DNA of 64,000 nt, taken from the NCBI GenBank assembly GCA_041650755.1, contig JBAZKN010000001.1, positions 4,387 to 68,386 on the forward strand. The letters are read 5' to 3'. Origin of the DNA: Patescibacteria group bacterium (GTDB lineage Bacteria > Patescibacteriota > Patescibacteriia > UBA1558 > GWA2-36-10). The first letter of the stretch is position 1. Each line of letters opens with the position of its first letter. Position numbers and translations under genes: made by a program. This document shows, piece after piece, positions 1 to 10,482 of the stretch. The notes beneath the pieces are model-generated. The model ran no database searches, had not been told where the DNA came from, and saw only the letters and a program-made list of their open reading frames with translations.

Positions 1-222
1 AAGAAACCGATCATGTGATTTTGGAAAATCACTTAAAGACTTGTACGGCCAAAGCTATCAAAAGCGGCAAATCAAAATCAGCTGTCACTGAAGTGATGCA
101 AATTATCCGACGTTGGTCATAGCTGAGCTTAAAGTATCAAGTAAAAAGGGAAAAAGTATTAAAGTGGCTACCGGTCTAAACTTTATACTTTTTACTTTAC
201 ACTTTCTACTAATTTAATTTTA

Positions 223-2448
223 ATGTCTAAGAATATAAAAAACATTCCCATTGAAGGGATGCATTGTGCTTCCTGTGTTAGTTTGGTGGAGCGTGCTTTA
301 AAAAAAGTTTCAGGGGTGGCTTCTGCTGATGTCAATCTATCAACCGAAATTGCTACTATTACTTATGACCCAAGTGTCAAATGGGCCGATATATCGGCCG
401 CCGTATCAGCCGTTGGCTATCGAGCAGTTATTGGTGGTACCGAAAAGTCCTGGCAGGCCAGTCAGCTCGGTAAATATAGGCAGCTAAAAAGATTAAAAGT
501 TAAAGTGGCCATTAGTTTGTTTTTGGGTGGTCTGATTTTGTGGGGCAGCTTTCCTGGTCTGGCTTTAATTGCCCCAAATTTGCTTAAGAATTTTTATGTG
601 CAGTTGTTTTTGGCTGTGCCTGTACAGTTTTGGGCGGCCTCTGATTTTTATAAAGCAGCCTGGTCATCTTTAAAGAGATTGAGAGCCAATATGGATACGC
701 TGGTAGTTTTGGGGACCATGGCAGCTTTTATTTATTCTCTGGTTATTACTTTAGCGCCAAAATTGATAATGGACAGCGGCATTGAGCCTATGCCGTATTT
801 TGACGCTTCGACATTAATTATCGCCTTGATTTTATTGGGGAGATATCTGGAGAATAGGGCAAAATTAAATACCTCAGAAGCCATAAATAAATTAATTGGG
901 TTGCAAGCCAAGACAGCCAGAATAATTAGGGATAACCAAGAGCTGGATATTCCACTGGAGCAGGTCAGGGTCAATGATATTATTTTGGTCAGGCCAGGAG
1001 AGAAGGTTCCAGTTGACGGAGAAATTATTGCTGGCCAATCGGCCATTGATGAATCAATGGTTACCGGCGAGAGCTTGCCAGTTGATAAAAAAGTTGGTGA
1101 TAAAGTCATAGGATCGACCATTAATAAATTAGGCAGTTTTAGTTTTCGGGTTACCAAAGTGGGTGACGATACTGTATTGTCGCAGATTATAAAATTAGTA
1201 TCAGATGCGCAGGGCAGCAAAGCACCAATTCAAAGATTGGCAGACATTATTTCGGCTTATTTTGTGCCAATTGTTTTAGTCTTAGCAAGCATTACCTTTG
1301 TAATCTGGTATTTTTTTGGTCCGGAACCTGCTTTGACCAAGGCATTGATCAACACAGTAACAGTTTTAATAATTGCTTGTCCTTGCGCCATGGGTTTAGC
1401 CACGCCTACGGCCATTATGGTCGGTACTGGTCGCGGAGCTGGCATGGGTATATTGATTAAAGATGCTAGTAGTTTAGAGATAGCCCACAAAGTTAGAGTT
1501 GTAGTTTTTGATAAGACTGGCACTTTGACCAAGGGGCAGCCGGAAGTTACTGATGTTTTGCCTCTGGCAGAAATTGATGGTAATAAAATTTTGCAGCTAG
1601 CCGCATCTTTGGAAAAGAATTCGGAGCATGCTTTGGCCAACAGTATTATACATAAGGCCCTGGATAATAATTTGGAATTTTTGGCGGTTGAAAAATTTTT
1701 GGCTGTGCCGGGCCAGGGGGTTCGTGGCCTGATTGACAAAAAGAGTATTCTTTTAGGTAACAAAAAAATGATGCTGGCCGCTAAAGTGGATATAGCCGAA
1801 GATGAAATTAATCATTTAGAAAAACAAGGCAAGACAATAATGATTTTGGCGATGGATAAAAAGGCCATTGGTTTGATTGCGGTCGCTGATGTCATCAAAG
1901 ATACAGCTAGGCGGGCTATAGCTGATTTACATAATTTAGGCATTGAGACGGTTATGTTGACGGGTGATAATCAGATAACAGCTGAGTATATAGCCTCTTA
2001 TATCGGGATTAAGCAGGTTATTGCTGAAGTAATGCCGGCTGATAAAGTACAGGCGATTAAAGCCCTACAAGCTAAAGGAAAAATCGTGGCTATGGTCGGT
2101 GATGGTATAAATGATGCGCCGGCCTTAGCAGCGTCTGATCTTGGTATTGCTATGGGGTCTGGCACCGATATAGCTATGGAGTCAGCCAATATCACTTTAG
2201 TTAATAAGGATTTACACTCCGTAGTGGCAGCCCTAGCTTTGTCTAAAAAAACCATGACCACCATCAAGATGAATCTGTTCTGGGCTTTTGGCTATAATAT
2301 TATTTTGATACCGGTGGCCATGGGCGCGCTTTATCCTATCTGGGGCATTTTGCTTAACCCTATTTTTGCATCAGCCGCCATGGCTTTGAGTTCAGTTTCG
2401 GTTGTCGCTAATTCTTTGCGTTTAAAAAAAGTGTCAGCCAGAGGTTGA
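223..2448 (+). CDS. copA: Copper-translocating P1B-type ATPase
   Basis: N-terminal HMA motif GMHCASC, CPC transmembrane motif, DKTGTLT phosphorylation site, GDGINDAP hinge; 741 aa. Confidence 0.95.
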   Translation: MSKNIKNIPIEGMHCASCVSLVERALKKVSGVASADVNLSTEIATITYDPSVKWADISAAVSAVGYRAVIGGTEKSWQASQLGKYRQLKRLKVKVAISLFLGGLILWGSFPGLALIAPNLLKNFYVQLFLAVPVQFWAASDFYKAAWSSLKRLRANMDTLVVLGTMAAFIYSLVITLAPKLIMDSGIEPMPYFDASTLIIALILLGRYLENRAKLNTSEAINKLIGLQAKTARIIRDNQELDIPLEQVRVNDIILVRPGEKVPVDGEIIAGQSAIDESMVTGESLPVDKKVGDKVIGSTINKLGSFSFRVTKVGDDTVLSQIIKLVSDAQGSKAPIQRLADIISAYFVPIVLVLASITFVIWYFFGPEPALTKALINTVTVLIIACPCAMGLATPTAIMVGTGRGAGMGILIKDASSLEIAHKVRVVVFDKTGTLTKGQPEVTDVLPLAEIDGNKILQLAASLEKNSEHALANSIIHKALDNNLEFLAVEKFLAVPGQGVRGLIDKKSILLGNKKMMLAAKVDIAEDEINHLEKQGKTIMILAMDKKAIGLIAVADVIKDTARRAIADLHNLGIETVMLTGDNQITAEYIASYIGIKQVIAEVMPADKVQAIKALQAKGKIVAMVGDGINDAPALAASDLGIAMGSGTDIAMESANITLVNKDLHSVVAALALSKKTMTTIKMNLFWAFGYNIILIPVAMGALYPIWGILLNPIFASAAMALSSVSVVANSLRLKKVSARG

Positions 2449-2486
2449 CCGCCCCTTGGGCGGAAAATTAAGCAGATAAAAAATTT

Positions 2487-3473
2487 ATGAATAATATAAA
2501 TTTACTTACTATTTTTTTTACCGGGTTGCTGACCGGTGGTTTGAGCTGTTTGGCTGTCCAGGGCGGATTGCTGGCCACAGCCATTGCTCAGCGTCAAGGT
2601 GATGATCAGGAGGAAAAAAAGCGCAAAGCCTTTCCTATAGTAGTATTTTTGTTGGCTAAATTAGCTGCCTATACGATTTTAGGGTTTTTGTTAGGATGGT
2701 TTGGCTCGCTTTTTTCCTTATCTTTATCAGTCAGGGTCATATTACAATTTGTTATTGCTATTTTCATGATTGGTACTGGTCTCAGTCTGCTCAATATCCA
2801 TCCATTGTTTCGCTATTTTATCATCCAGCCACCGAAGTTTTTGACTCGCTGGGTGCGCGGGCGTTCCAAAAGCGCCGATATATTTAGTCCGGCTATTCTT
2901 GGCTTGATGACCATATTTATACCTTGCGGTGTTACCCAAGCCATGATGGCTCTGGCCATTGGTTCGGGTCAGGCCTGGACTGGTCTGGTTATTATGTTTG
3001 TTTTTGTGCTGGGTACAATACCTTTATTTTTTATCCTAGGCTATACCGCTAATTCTTTAAGCGGTAAGGCTAGCCAGCATTTTTATCGAATAGCCGGGGT
3101 AGCTGTGATTATTTTAGCTTTATATTCAATGATTGGCGTATTTAATTTAGCTGGTGCCACCTGGAATTTGCCTCAAGACAAATCAGCCATTGTCTCCGCG
3201 ACGAAACAGGAAGCCACTATCAATATACAAAATAGCGGATATTATCCAAATAGTATTACAGTCAAAGCCGGTGAACCCGTGACTCTGCATTTGGTTAATG
3301 ATAAAGCTTATAGCTGCGCCCAGGCCTTTACTATTCCAAGCTTAGGCATAGAGAAAATAGTTCGACCCGGGACCACTGAAACAATTCAATTTACTGCGCC
3401 CAGTGACGTTACGCGTATTGCCTATACTTGCAGTATGGGCATGTACCGAGGGGTGCTTAACGTAGTTAAATAA
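2487..3473 (+). CDS. DsbD_2/COG2836-like permease with paired Cys motifs (LSCLAVQGG, IPCGVTQAMM) fused to C-terminal cupredoxin-like domain
   Basis: Multi-TM hydrophobic N-terminal 230 aa with two conserved Cys-containing half-repeats; C-terminal ~90 aa beta-rich segment ending YTCSMGMYRGV resembling cupredoxin-like copper site region; sits between copA and copZ. Confidence 0.65.
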   Translation: MNNINLLTIFFTGLLTGGLSCLAVQGGLLATAIAQRQGDDQEEKKRKAFPIVVFLLAKLAAYTILGFLLGWFGSLFSLSLSVRVILQFVIAIFMIGTGLSLLNIHPLFRYFIIQPPKFLTRWVRGRSKSADIFSPAILGLMTIFIPCGVTQAMMALAIGSGQAWTGLVIMFVFVLGTIPLFFILGYTANSLSGKASQHFYRIAGVAVIILALYSMIGVFNLAGATWNLPQDKSAIVSATKQEATINIQNSGYYPNSITVKAGEPVTLHLVNDKAYSCAQAFTIPSLGIEKIVRPGTTETIQFTAPSDVTRIAYTCSMGMYRGVLNVVK

Positions 3474-3474
3474 T

Positions 3475-3687
3475 ATGCAAAAAGAAATTATTTTAAAAAT
3501 AACAGGGATGCATTGCACGGCCTGCGCTATGAATATTGACGGCGCATTGGAAGATGCCGGAGTGCAAGAGGCCAGGACTAATTTTGCCAAAAGCGAAACT
3601 AAGATAAAATTTGATGAAAATAAAATAAAGGTAGTCGAGATACAAAAAATAATAGAACAAGAGGGCTACCAGTCAGAATTAATATAA
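3475..3687 (+). CDS. copZ: Heavy-metal-associated copper chaperone
   Basis: 70 aa, GMHCTACAMNI MxCxxC metal-binding motif; 1-nt gap after upstream gene. Confidence 0.85.
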   Translation: MQKEIILKITGMHCTACAMNIDGALEDAGVQEARTNFAKSETKIKFDENKIKVVEIQKIIEQEGYQSELI

Positions 3688-3692
3688 ATTTT

Positions 3693-5438
3693 ATGAAATT
3701 ATTATGGCAATATTTATTTAATTATAAAAAATTATTGGCTTATTCTTTAATTTTGGCGGCCATTAATCAACTTTTTTCTTTATTAGATCCGCAGATTTTT
3801 CGCTTGATGATTGATCGTTATGCTTCGCGTTTTGGCGAATTAAGCCAGCAGCAATTTTTGCTAGGTATCACCTGGCTGGTTTTGGCTTATATGGGCGTTG
3901 CTTTGATTTCACGCATTGCTAAAAATTTTCAGGATTACTATGTCAACGTCATTGCTCAGCGGGTTGGTGCCAAGCTTTATTCAGATAGCGTGCAGCATTC
4001 TTTTTCTTTGCCTTTTTTGAGTTTTGAGGATCAGCGCTCTGGTGAGCTGCTGCAAAAAATGCAAAAGGCCCGTAATGACTCGCAAGAGCTTATTAATCAA
4101 TTGATCAACTTAGTTTTTATCTCTTTGATTGGCATTATTTTTGTTTTAATTTACGCCTTTATAGTGCATTGGGTAGTTGGTTTGATTTATTTTCTCTTAT
4201 TACCAATTTTGGGTTTTAGCACTTTCTTCTTGAGCAAAAGAATAAAAGAGGCCCAAAAACAAATTGTCACACAGCAGGCTGATTTAGCCGGGTCAACCAC
4301 GGAGACCTTGCGCAATGTAGAATTGGTCAAATCTTTGGGTCTGGATCAGCAGGAGATTGATCGTTTGAATAATGTTAATGAGGAGATTTTAAAGTTGGAA
4401 TTGAAAAAAGTAAAGATTGTCAGGACATTTTCTTTTTGGCAGGGTACCATATTGAATACCATGCGCGCTTTGCTGATCGGGGTTATGATGTATTTGATTT
4501 TTAGTCAGAGTATTACTTTAGGCCAATTTTTTTCTTTATTTATTTATTCTTTTTTTATTTTTACACCCTTAGTACAGTTCGGCCAGGTGGCTTCACAATA
4601 CCAACAAACTACGGCCAGCATGGAGAAATTGGAGGAAATATTAAAGCAAGAGCCAGAAAAAAGGCCAGAGCGGGCCGTGATCTTGGGCGCTTTGCAGCAA
4701 ATTAATTTTGATAAAGTTAGTTTTAAATATAATTCAGCTGACGTGACAGCGGTGCACGGATTGTCAGCTACTATCAAGGCCGGTCAGACGGTGGCTTTTG
4801 TCGGGCCCTCTGGTTCAGGCAAAACAACATTGATAAAAATGCTGGTAGGTTTATACCAGCCGACTGAAGGTAAATTGGAGTATAATGGCGTGCCTAGCGC
4901 AGCTATTGATTTAGGGCAACTGCGCCAAAGGATTGGTTTAGTGGCCCAGGAAACGCAGCTATTTGCCGGCACCATTAGAGAGAATTTGCTTTTTGTTAAA
5001 GCTGATGCCTCAGATCAGGATTGCCTTGATGTTTTGCACTTAGCCGCGGCTAGCAGTGTTTTGTCGAGAGCGGAAAAAGGTTTGGATACCAAAATAGGCG
5101 AAGGGGGCTTGAAGCTATCTGGTGGCGAAAGACAGCGCTTGGCTATTGCGCGCGCGCTGTTACGCAACCCGGATTTGATAATTTTTGATGAGGCCACTAG
5201 TAGTTTGGACTCTTTGACCGAAAAAGAAATTACCGAAACTATTAAAAATATAGAGAAAGAGCGGCCGCAGCTTATTACTATTATTATTGCTCATAGATTA
5301 TCGACTGTAGCGCACGCTCACAAGATATTTGTTTTGGAAAAAGGGCGTTTGTCAGAGTCCGGTTCGCACCATGAGCTTCTGAAAAAAAGCGGTTTATATG
5401 CCGCCTTGTGGAGAGAGCAGGTTGGGGTGTATAATTAG
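3693..5438 (+). CDS. ABC transporter, fused permease/ATP-binding exporter
   Basis: N-terminal 6-TM domain, Walker A GPSGSGKTT, ABC signature LSGGERQR, Walker B IIFDEATSSLD. Confidence 0.9.
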   Translation: MKLLWQYLFNYKKLLAYSLILAAINQLFSLLDPQIFRLMIDRYASRFGELSQQQFLLGITWLVLAYMGVALISRIAKNFQDYYVNVIAQRVGAKLYSDSVQHSFSLPFLSFEDQRSGELLQKMQKARNDSQELINQLINLVFISLIGIIFVLIYAFIVHWVVGLIYFLLLPILGFSTFFLSKRIKEAQKQIVTQQADLAGSTTETLRNVELVKSLGLDQQEIDRLNNVNEEILKLELKKVKIVRTFSFWQGTILNTMRALLIGVMMYLIFSQSITLGQFFSLFIYSFFIFTPLVQFGQVASQYQQTTASMEKLEEILKQEPEKRPERAVILGALQQINFDKVSFKYNSADVTAVHGLSATIKAGQTVAFVGPSGSGKTTLIKMLVGLYQPTEGKLEYNGVPSAAIDLGQLRQRIGLVAQETQLFAGTIRENLLFVKADASDQDCLDVLHLAAASSVLSRAEKGLDTKIGEGGLKLSGGERQRLAIARALLRNPDLIIFDEATSSLDSLTEKEITETIKNIEKERPQLITIIIAHRLSTVAHAHKIFVLEKGRLSESGSHHELLKKSGLYAALWREQVGVYN

Positions 5439-5539
5439 CCTATGAAAAAAATTAGCCTTCAGCACAGTTGCCCACGATCGATGTTTTTTTGTTGAATCTA
5501 GTTTTGTATTATAATAGAATTATTAATTAATCAATAATT

Positions 5540-7357
5540 ATGGACATCCAAAATAACGTGCCCCTGCCATCCAATCCATTACCCAAGCCGCAAAAAGCCA
5601 CTAATGTAATTTTAATGATCATAGTGGTTGTTTTATTGTTAGCCAATGGCGTAACTTTGTACTTTTTATTCAAAAAGCCAGCTTCACTGCCGGTCAACAC
5701 TAATATAGTGATCGATGTGAATGAGAATTTGAATGTTGAAAACGCAAACACCAACACAACTAGTAGTAGTGATTTAAATTTACCGCCAATTGATTTGGGT
5801 CAGAAAGTAATTAAAGTATCATGGCAAGATAACCCAACGCCAGTAGCAGTCGATAAATTTTTTGACATAGCAACAATACAAGCTAAACTAAAAACTGCGG
5901 GATATAAATATGGATCGGAAAGTGAAACTGATTTTATCAAAGAATTGGACGGTACTTATAAGATTTGGAAGGTGGGGACTGTGGCTGAAGGACAACCCAT
6001 AATAAATGCCGACGTTTATTTGGTGGGCACCATTGAGATGAATTATTCATTTAAGAGAGTCATAAAACAGGGCGATAGTCTAGTTGTTCTGGGCAAGCAG
6101 TCCAATTTTTATGATGGGCCAATATCCAATTATACGGCATCACTTGATTCGGCATTATTTAATTTGGACAATAATGCAATGATTGGTAATTTGGATTTGC
6201 CTGATACAATTAGCGTTCCGAATACGAAGTATCGTTTGCTAAAATTTGAGCAAAGTTGGCAATTATTTAGTGATTATAGCAATGCCCAGAAATTGTTTGC
6301 TTATTCTACTGGTCAATATTTATATAAGGATTCTAATAGCGATTGCTATATTGCGCGAGCTGGCGATGGTACTGCCTGGAAATATTATTTAGATTTAAGT
6401 TCGCTTGATACCAATACCAATGTAAATTACGCTAATAATTCCGGTTCAATATTATTAAATATTCCATCAGTGTTGGATAATAAGGATTATCAATCAAGAG
6501 GCGGGTGTAGTTTATGTTATGAATTTGCTGATTATATTACTAGTTTGACTCAACTTACTAAAATTGGTACAAATTCAAAAGGAGAGTCTTTTTATACCTT
6601 TAAAGATGTGAATCAAAAATCGGATCCCAAAGAAACAAAGAGCGTGTTGAGATCCATGTATGATGCGTATTATGTGCCGGGACTAGGCGATAATTCAGGA
6701 AAACTTTCATATGATGAGTTTCTTAAACAGTACCCAATTGTTATTTGGCGTGACCCATTGGACAGTTTCGTTATTTTTAGAAATGGAAGTTTGGGGCCAG
6801 TGGCCGAATGTGGTAAGCCGGTTATTTACCTATACCCCACCAAAACTACAGACGTATCGGTAAAAGTCAACCCGACGGGTGGGTTTAAGTTTACCGACCC
6901 AGATTATGGCACTGGTTGGCTAGTCAAAGCTGAACCCAATGGCAATCTGTATAATTATGCCAACAAGACCAATTATCCTTATCTATTCTGGGAAGGATAT
7001 GGATTAAATTATCAAATACCAAAACAAGGTTTTGTGGTTGCCAAAGCAGATGTAGAAAAATTCTTACAAGAAAAACTAGCCCAGCAAGGTTTGATAGTCA
7101 AAGAATATTCAGAATTTATTGATTTTTGGTTGCCCAAGATGCAAAGTGATCCTTACTATTTTATCACCTTTGTGCCACAAGCTGAATTTGATAAACTAGC
7201 GCCACTGCAAATCAATCCCAAGCCAGACACTGTCATTCGTGTATTCATGGACTACAAAGGATTAGACAAACCAATGCCAGTGGCACCGCAGATTTTAGCT
7301 ACACCAAAACGTGTTGGCTTTACCGTGGTTGAATGGGGTGGAGCCATACATAAATAA
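5540..7357 (+). CDS. Hypothetical membrane-anchored extracellular protein
   Basis: 605 aa ORF; single N-terminal TM helix (ILMIIVVVLLLANGVTLYFLF) then Asn/Thr-rich extracellular region; preceded by TTGAAT-17-TATAAT promoter. Confidence 0.6.
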   Translation: MDIQNNVPLPSNPLPKPQKATNVILMIIVVVLLLANGVTLYFLFKKPASLPVNTNIVIDVNENLNVENANTNTTSSSDLNLPPIDLGQKVIKVSWQDNPTPVAVDKFFDIATIQAKLKTAGYKYGSESETDFIKELDGTYKIWKVGTVAEGQPIINADVYLVGTIEMNYSFKRVIKQGDSLVVLGKQSNFYDGPISNYTASLDSALFNLDNNAMIGNLDLPDTISVPNTKYRLLKFEQSWQLFSDYSNAQKLFAYSTGQYLYKDSNSDCYIARAGDGTAWKYYLDLSSLDTNTNVNYANNSGSILLNIPSVLDNKDYQSRGGCSLCYEFADYITSLTQLTKIGTNSKGESFYTFKDVNQKSDPKETKSVLRSMYDAYYVPGLGDNSGKLSYDEFLKQYPIVIWRDPLDSFVIFRNGSLGPVAECGKPVIYLYPTKTTDVSVKVNPTGGFKFTDPDYGTGWLVKAEPNGNLYNYANKTNYPYLFWEGYGLNYQIPKQGFVVAKADVEKFLQEKLAQQGLIVKEYSEFIDFWLPKMQSDPYYFITFVPQAEFDKLAPLQINPKPDTVIRVFMDYKGLDKPMPVAPQILATPKRVGFTVVEWGGAIHK

Positions 7358-7360
7358 TAA

Positions 7361-9205
7361 ATGTATTTCAGAACCAGACAATTAGTAATCTTAATTTTAG
7401 TCCTGCTTGCTATTCAAGTAGGACTAAGTTTTCTGGTCTTAAATAAAACAAATTATCAGCCGGTCCGTTCCGCAGTATCAGGCAGACTAGATGAAAATTA
7501 TGCCATTCAGCGCGCATATTTTATGTCAGCTGATTTTTATGATGAGGCCTATAATCAAGCTGATAAAAATTTTGTTTATGATGATAAAGTCAAGGTGGGC
7601 ATTTTGCCCCATCATCTTATGGTCAAAGGTAAGATCGCCACTTTTTTTGCGGGTTTGAAAAATCAAGATATAAAAACCGTAGTTTTGGTCAGTCCCAATC
7701 ACTTTGAACAGGGCGGAAGCAACATTACTTTATCTAGCGCCAAATGGCAGACGCCTTTTGGTGATCTATTGCCCGACACGAAACTAATAAAGAATTTAAT
7801 AAAGCAAGAAAGGGTGGTAGTCAATGAACAGCCCTTTGGCAATGAGCACGGCATCTCTGGTTTAGTGGCCTTTATCAAAAAAAGTTTGCCGGAAAGTAAA
7901 ATTGTGCCGATTATTTTAAAAAATAAAACTAGTCAGGTAGAAATAACTGCTCTAGTTGCTAATATAAAAAAATATAGTAGTGATGATACATTGGTACTGG
8001 CTAGTGTAGATTTTTCCCACTATCAGCCAGCTGGTGTAGCAGACTTTCATGATGACAAAAGCCGCAGTGTGATTGAGGCCTTAGATACAAATAGAGTTTG
8101 GGGTTTAGAAGTGGATTCACCAGCTTCTTTGGCTGTAGCCTTGCAATACGCCGCAGATAATGATGCGCAAAAAGCAAATTTGTTATGGCAGACAAATTCC
8201 AGTCGTTTGATAAATAGCTTGGACACTCCGGGCACCAGTCATCAGTTTTTCTATTTTACTAAGGGCGAGCCAAAAAAAACCAAGGTAATTGATTTTTTAT
8301 TTTTTGGCGACATCATGCTAGATAGAAATGTCGGAGCTAAAATTGCCAAGAGTGGAGTGGCGCCATTATTTGACCAGCTGGCCGGTGAAGAAAAAAGATT
8401 CTTTATGGGGCCTGATATAATTTCTGCTAATCTTGAAGGTGCGGTGACTAATGGGGGCGAGCATTATGCGCCGGTAGCTAGTAATGATTTTGCTTTTAGT
8501 CCGGAGATCGTAGGTGAGCTAAAAAAATATAATTTTAATTTTTTTAATATTGCCCAAAATCATCTGACCGACCAAGGAGCCAAAGGCGTCAAGGAAACAC
8601 TGGAGAATTTGCAGGCCTTGGGTTTTGATTTTTCCGGTTGTAGCGATGCTGAAGTGGGGGAGTGTAGTAGTAAAATTGTAGATATCGACGGCAGTAAAAT
8701 AGCTATGATTGGCTTGTCTATGGTTTATCATCATTTCGATCTAGAGCTAGCCAAAAAAATAATAAGTGATTTAAAAAAACAAAGTGATCTGGTGGTAGTG
8801 AATATCCACTGGGGAGTAGAATACGATCATGAATATAATACGACACAACAGACAATCGCCCATGCCATAGTAGATTCTGGTGCTGACATTATTATTGGTC
8901 ATCATCCGCATGTGGTACAGGGCTTGGAAATTTATAATAATAAGCCGATTTTTTACTCACTGGGCAATTTTATTTTTGATCAGTATTTTTCTGCTGATAC
9001 CCAAACCGGCTTGGCTCTAGGCGTGAGCGTTGACCTCAAAAATCGGTCAGAGAATATCTATTTATTGCCCATTGAGTCACAAGCTTCGCAAGTCAGGCTG
9101 ATGACCGAGCAAAACAAGATAAATTTTTTTAAAAAAATGGTTAGCTGGTCAAAGGCAGCCGACAAATACCAAAATATGATTCTGAGTGGTAAAATATCAT
9201 TATAA
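7361..9205 (+). CDS. Fusion protein: MEMO1/AmmeMemoRadiSam-B-like domain + CapA (poly-gamma-glutamate synthesis / metallophosphatase-like) domain
   Basis: N-half has MEMO-family motifs (ILPHH..., EHGISGLVAF, ASVDFSHYQP); C-half has CapA-family blocks (FFGDIMLDRNV, NLEGAVT, IAQNHLTDQGAKGV, VNIHWGVEYDHE, IIIGHHPHVVQG, SLGNFIFDQ). Confidence 0.8.
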   Translation: MYFRTRQLVILILVLLAIQVGLSFLVLNKTNYQPVRSAVSGRLDENYAIQRAYFMSADFYDEAYNQADKNFVYDDKVKVGILPHHLMVKGKIATFFAGLKNQDIKTVVLVSPNHFEQGGSNITLSSAKWQTPFGDLLPDTKLIKNLIKQERVVVNEQPFGNEHGISGLVAFIKKSLPESKIVPIILKNKTSQVEITALVANIKKYSSDDTLVLASVDFSHYQPAGVADFHDDKSRSVIEALDTNRVWGLEVDSPASLAVALQYAADNDAQKANLLWQTNSSRLINSLDTPGTSHQFFYFTKGEPKKTKVIDFLFFGDIMLDRNVGAKIAKSGVAPLFDQLAGEEKRFFMGPDIISANLEGAVTNGGEHYAPVASNDFAFSPEIVGELKKYNFNFFNIAQNHLTDQGAKGVKETLENLQALGFDFSGCSDAEVGECSSKIVDIDGSKIAMIGLSMVYHHFDLELAKKIISDLKKQSDLVVVNIHWGVEYDHEYNTTQQTIAHAIVDSGADIIIGHHPHVVQGLEIYNNKPIFYSLGNFIFDQYFSADTQTGLALGVSVDLKNRSENIYLLPIESQASQVRLMTEQNKINFFKKMVSWSKAADKYQNMILSGKISL

Positions 9206-9245
9206 TTTCAGTAAAATTTTTATTAATTATTAAGCTATAAATAAG

Positions 9246-9575
9246 ATGAAAGCATTTATTGTTTGGCTGATTATTATTATTTTATTTTTTGCAGTTTTAT
9301 TTAGGTATTTAGATAGTCGTAGTCGCTTGGCTGGCTTCAATGATATTATTAATAACTTTATAAACAACCGACCGAAAATTTCTTGCGTGGAAGATGCTGA
9401 TTGCCATTTGACGCAGATTGATTGCAGTCCTTGTTCTTGTGGTTTTGCGGCCAACCGAGCTTGGCAGCCATATTGTCCCTTCCAGAAAAAGCAAGTATTA
9501 TGTGAACCTTGCGAGCAGTTTCCCAAAGAAGAAAATATTAAGTGCATAAATACCGAGTGCCAGATCGTTTATTGA
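9246..9575 (+). CDS. Small Cys-rich membrane-anchored/secreted protein (11 Cys in C-terminal 60 aa)
   Basis: N-terminal TM helix followed by CVEDADCHLTQIDCSPCSCG...CEPCEQF...CINTEC; immediately upstream of ABC-2 exporter pair. Confidence 0.5.
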   Translation: MKAFIVWLIIIILFFAVLFRYLDSRSRLAGFNDIINNFINNRPKISCVEDADCHLTQIDCSPCSCGFAANRAWQPYCPFQKKQVLCEPCEQFPKEENIKCINTECQIVY

Positions 9576-9683
9576 TTTGCCAGCCTTTTTAATCATAAAA
9601 ATTTTTTTCTTGTTTGGCCATATTATCATAATGTGTTATTATTAGTTCCCAGCAATATTAAAAAGTTTGATATTTTTTTATTT

Positions 9684-10481
9684 ATGCCCAATATTATCGA
9701 AGTGAAAAATTTGACCAAGAAATTTGGTCATTTTGTAGCTGTGGATGATGTTTCATTTTCCGTAGCCAAAGGAGAGATTTTTGCCTTTTTGGGGCCAAAC
9801 GGCGCCGGTAAATCAACCACGATCAAAATTCTGACTACTCTACTGAATCCTAGTCGCGGGCAGATCAGCCTCAATGGTTTCGACCCCATCAAGCAAGCTA
9901 GCAAAGTCCGTCGGTCTTTTGGCATTGTTTTTCAAGACCCAAGCTTAGACGATGAGCTGACTGCTTATGAAAATATGGAGTTTCATGGTGTTTTATACGG
10001 TATTCCCAAAAAATTATGCAGCGAAAGGACAGCTAGTCTGCTTAAGTTTGTTGATCTATGGGATAGGCGTAATAGCCTGGTTAAAGAATTTTCCGGCGGC
10101 ATGAAGCGGCGCTTGGAAATAGCCAGAGGCTTGCTGCATCATCCGGAAGTGATGTTTTTGGATGAGCCAACCCTTGGCCTTGATCCGCAGACCAGAAATC
10201 ACATGTGGAATTATCTGCAGGAATTAAATCAGACCAATGGCACCACAGTTTTTTTCACCACCCATTATATGGAAGAAGCAGAAAAGATAGCTCAGCGCAT
10301 TGCTATCATTGATCATGGTAAAATAGTGGCCATCGGCACAGCCGCAGAGTTAAAAGAAAAAACCAAGACTGTATCGCTTGAAGAAGCATTTTTAAACCTG
10401 ACAGGCAAATCAATTCGCGAAGAAGAAGCTAGCAATATAGATAAACTGCGCATGAGACGACATCTTTTTACTAAAAAATAA
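9684..10481 (+). CDS. ABC transporter ATP-binding protein (ABC-2/DrrA-like)
   Basis: Walker A GPNGAGKST, signature FSGGMKRRLEIA, Walker B MFLDEPTLGLD; start moved to MPNIIEVKNL (track ORF begins 9633). Confidence 0.9.
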   Translation: MPNIIEVKNLTKKFGHFVAVDDVSFSVAKGEIFAFLGPNGAGKSTTIKILTTLLNPSRGQISLNGFDPIKQASKVRRSFGIVFQDPSLDDELTAYENMEFHGVLYGIPKKLCSERTASLLKFVDLWDRRNSLVKEFSGGMKRRLEIARGLLHHPEVMFLDEPTLGLDPQTRNHMWNYLQELNQTNGTTVFFTTHYMEEAEKIAQRIAIIDHGKIVAIGTAAELKEKTKTVSLEEAFLNLTGKSIREEEASNIDKLRMRRHLFTKK

Positions 10482-10482
10482 T

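Noticed and set aside
732-2267. Antisense ORFs inside copA (732-1220, 1257-1763, 1998-2267, minus strand)
   Set aside because: They are fully embedded antisense to a highly conserved P-type ATPase, with low-complexity Ser/Pro/Leu-rich products. This is typical shadow-ORF behaviour.
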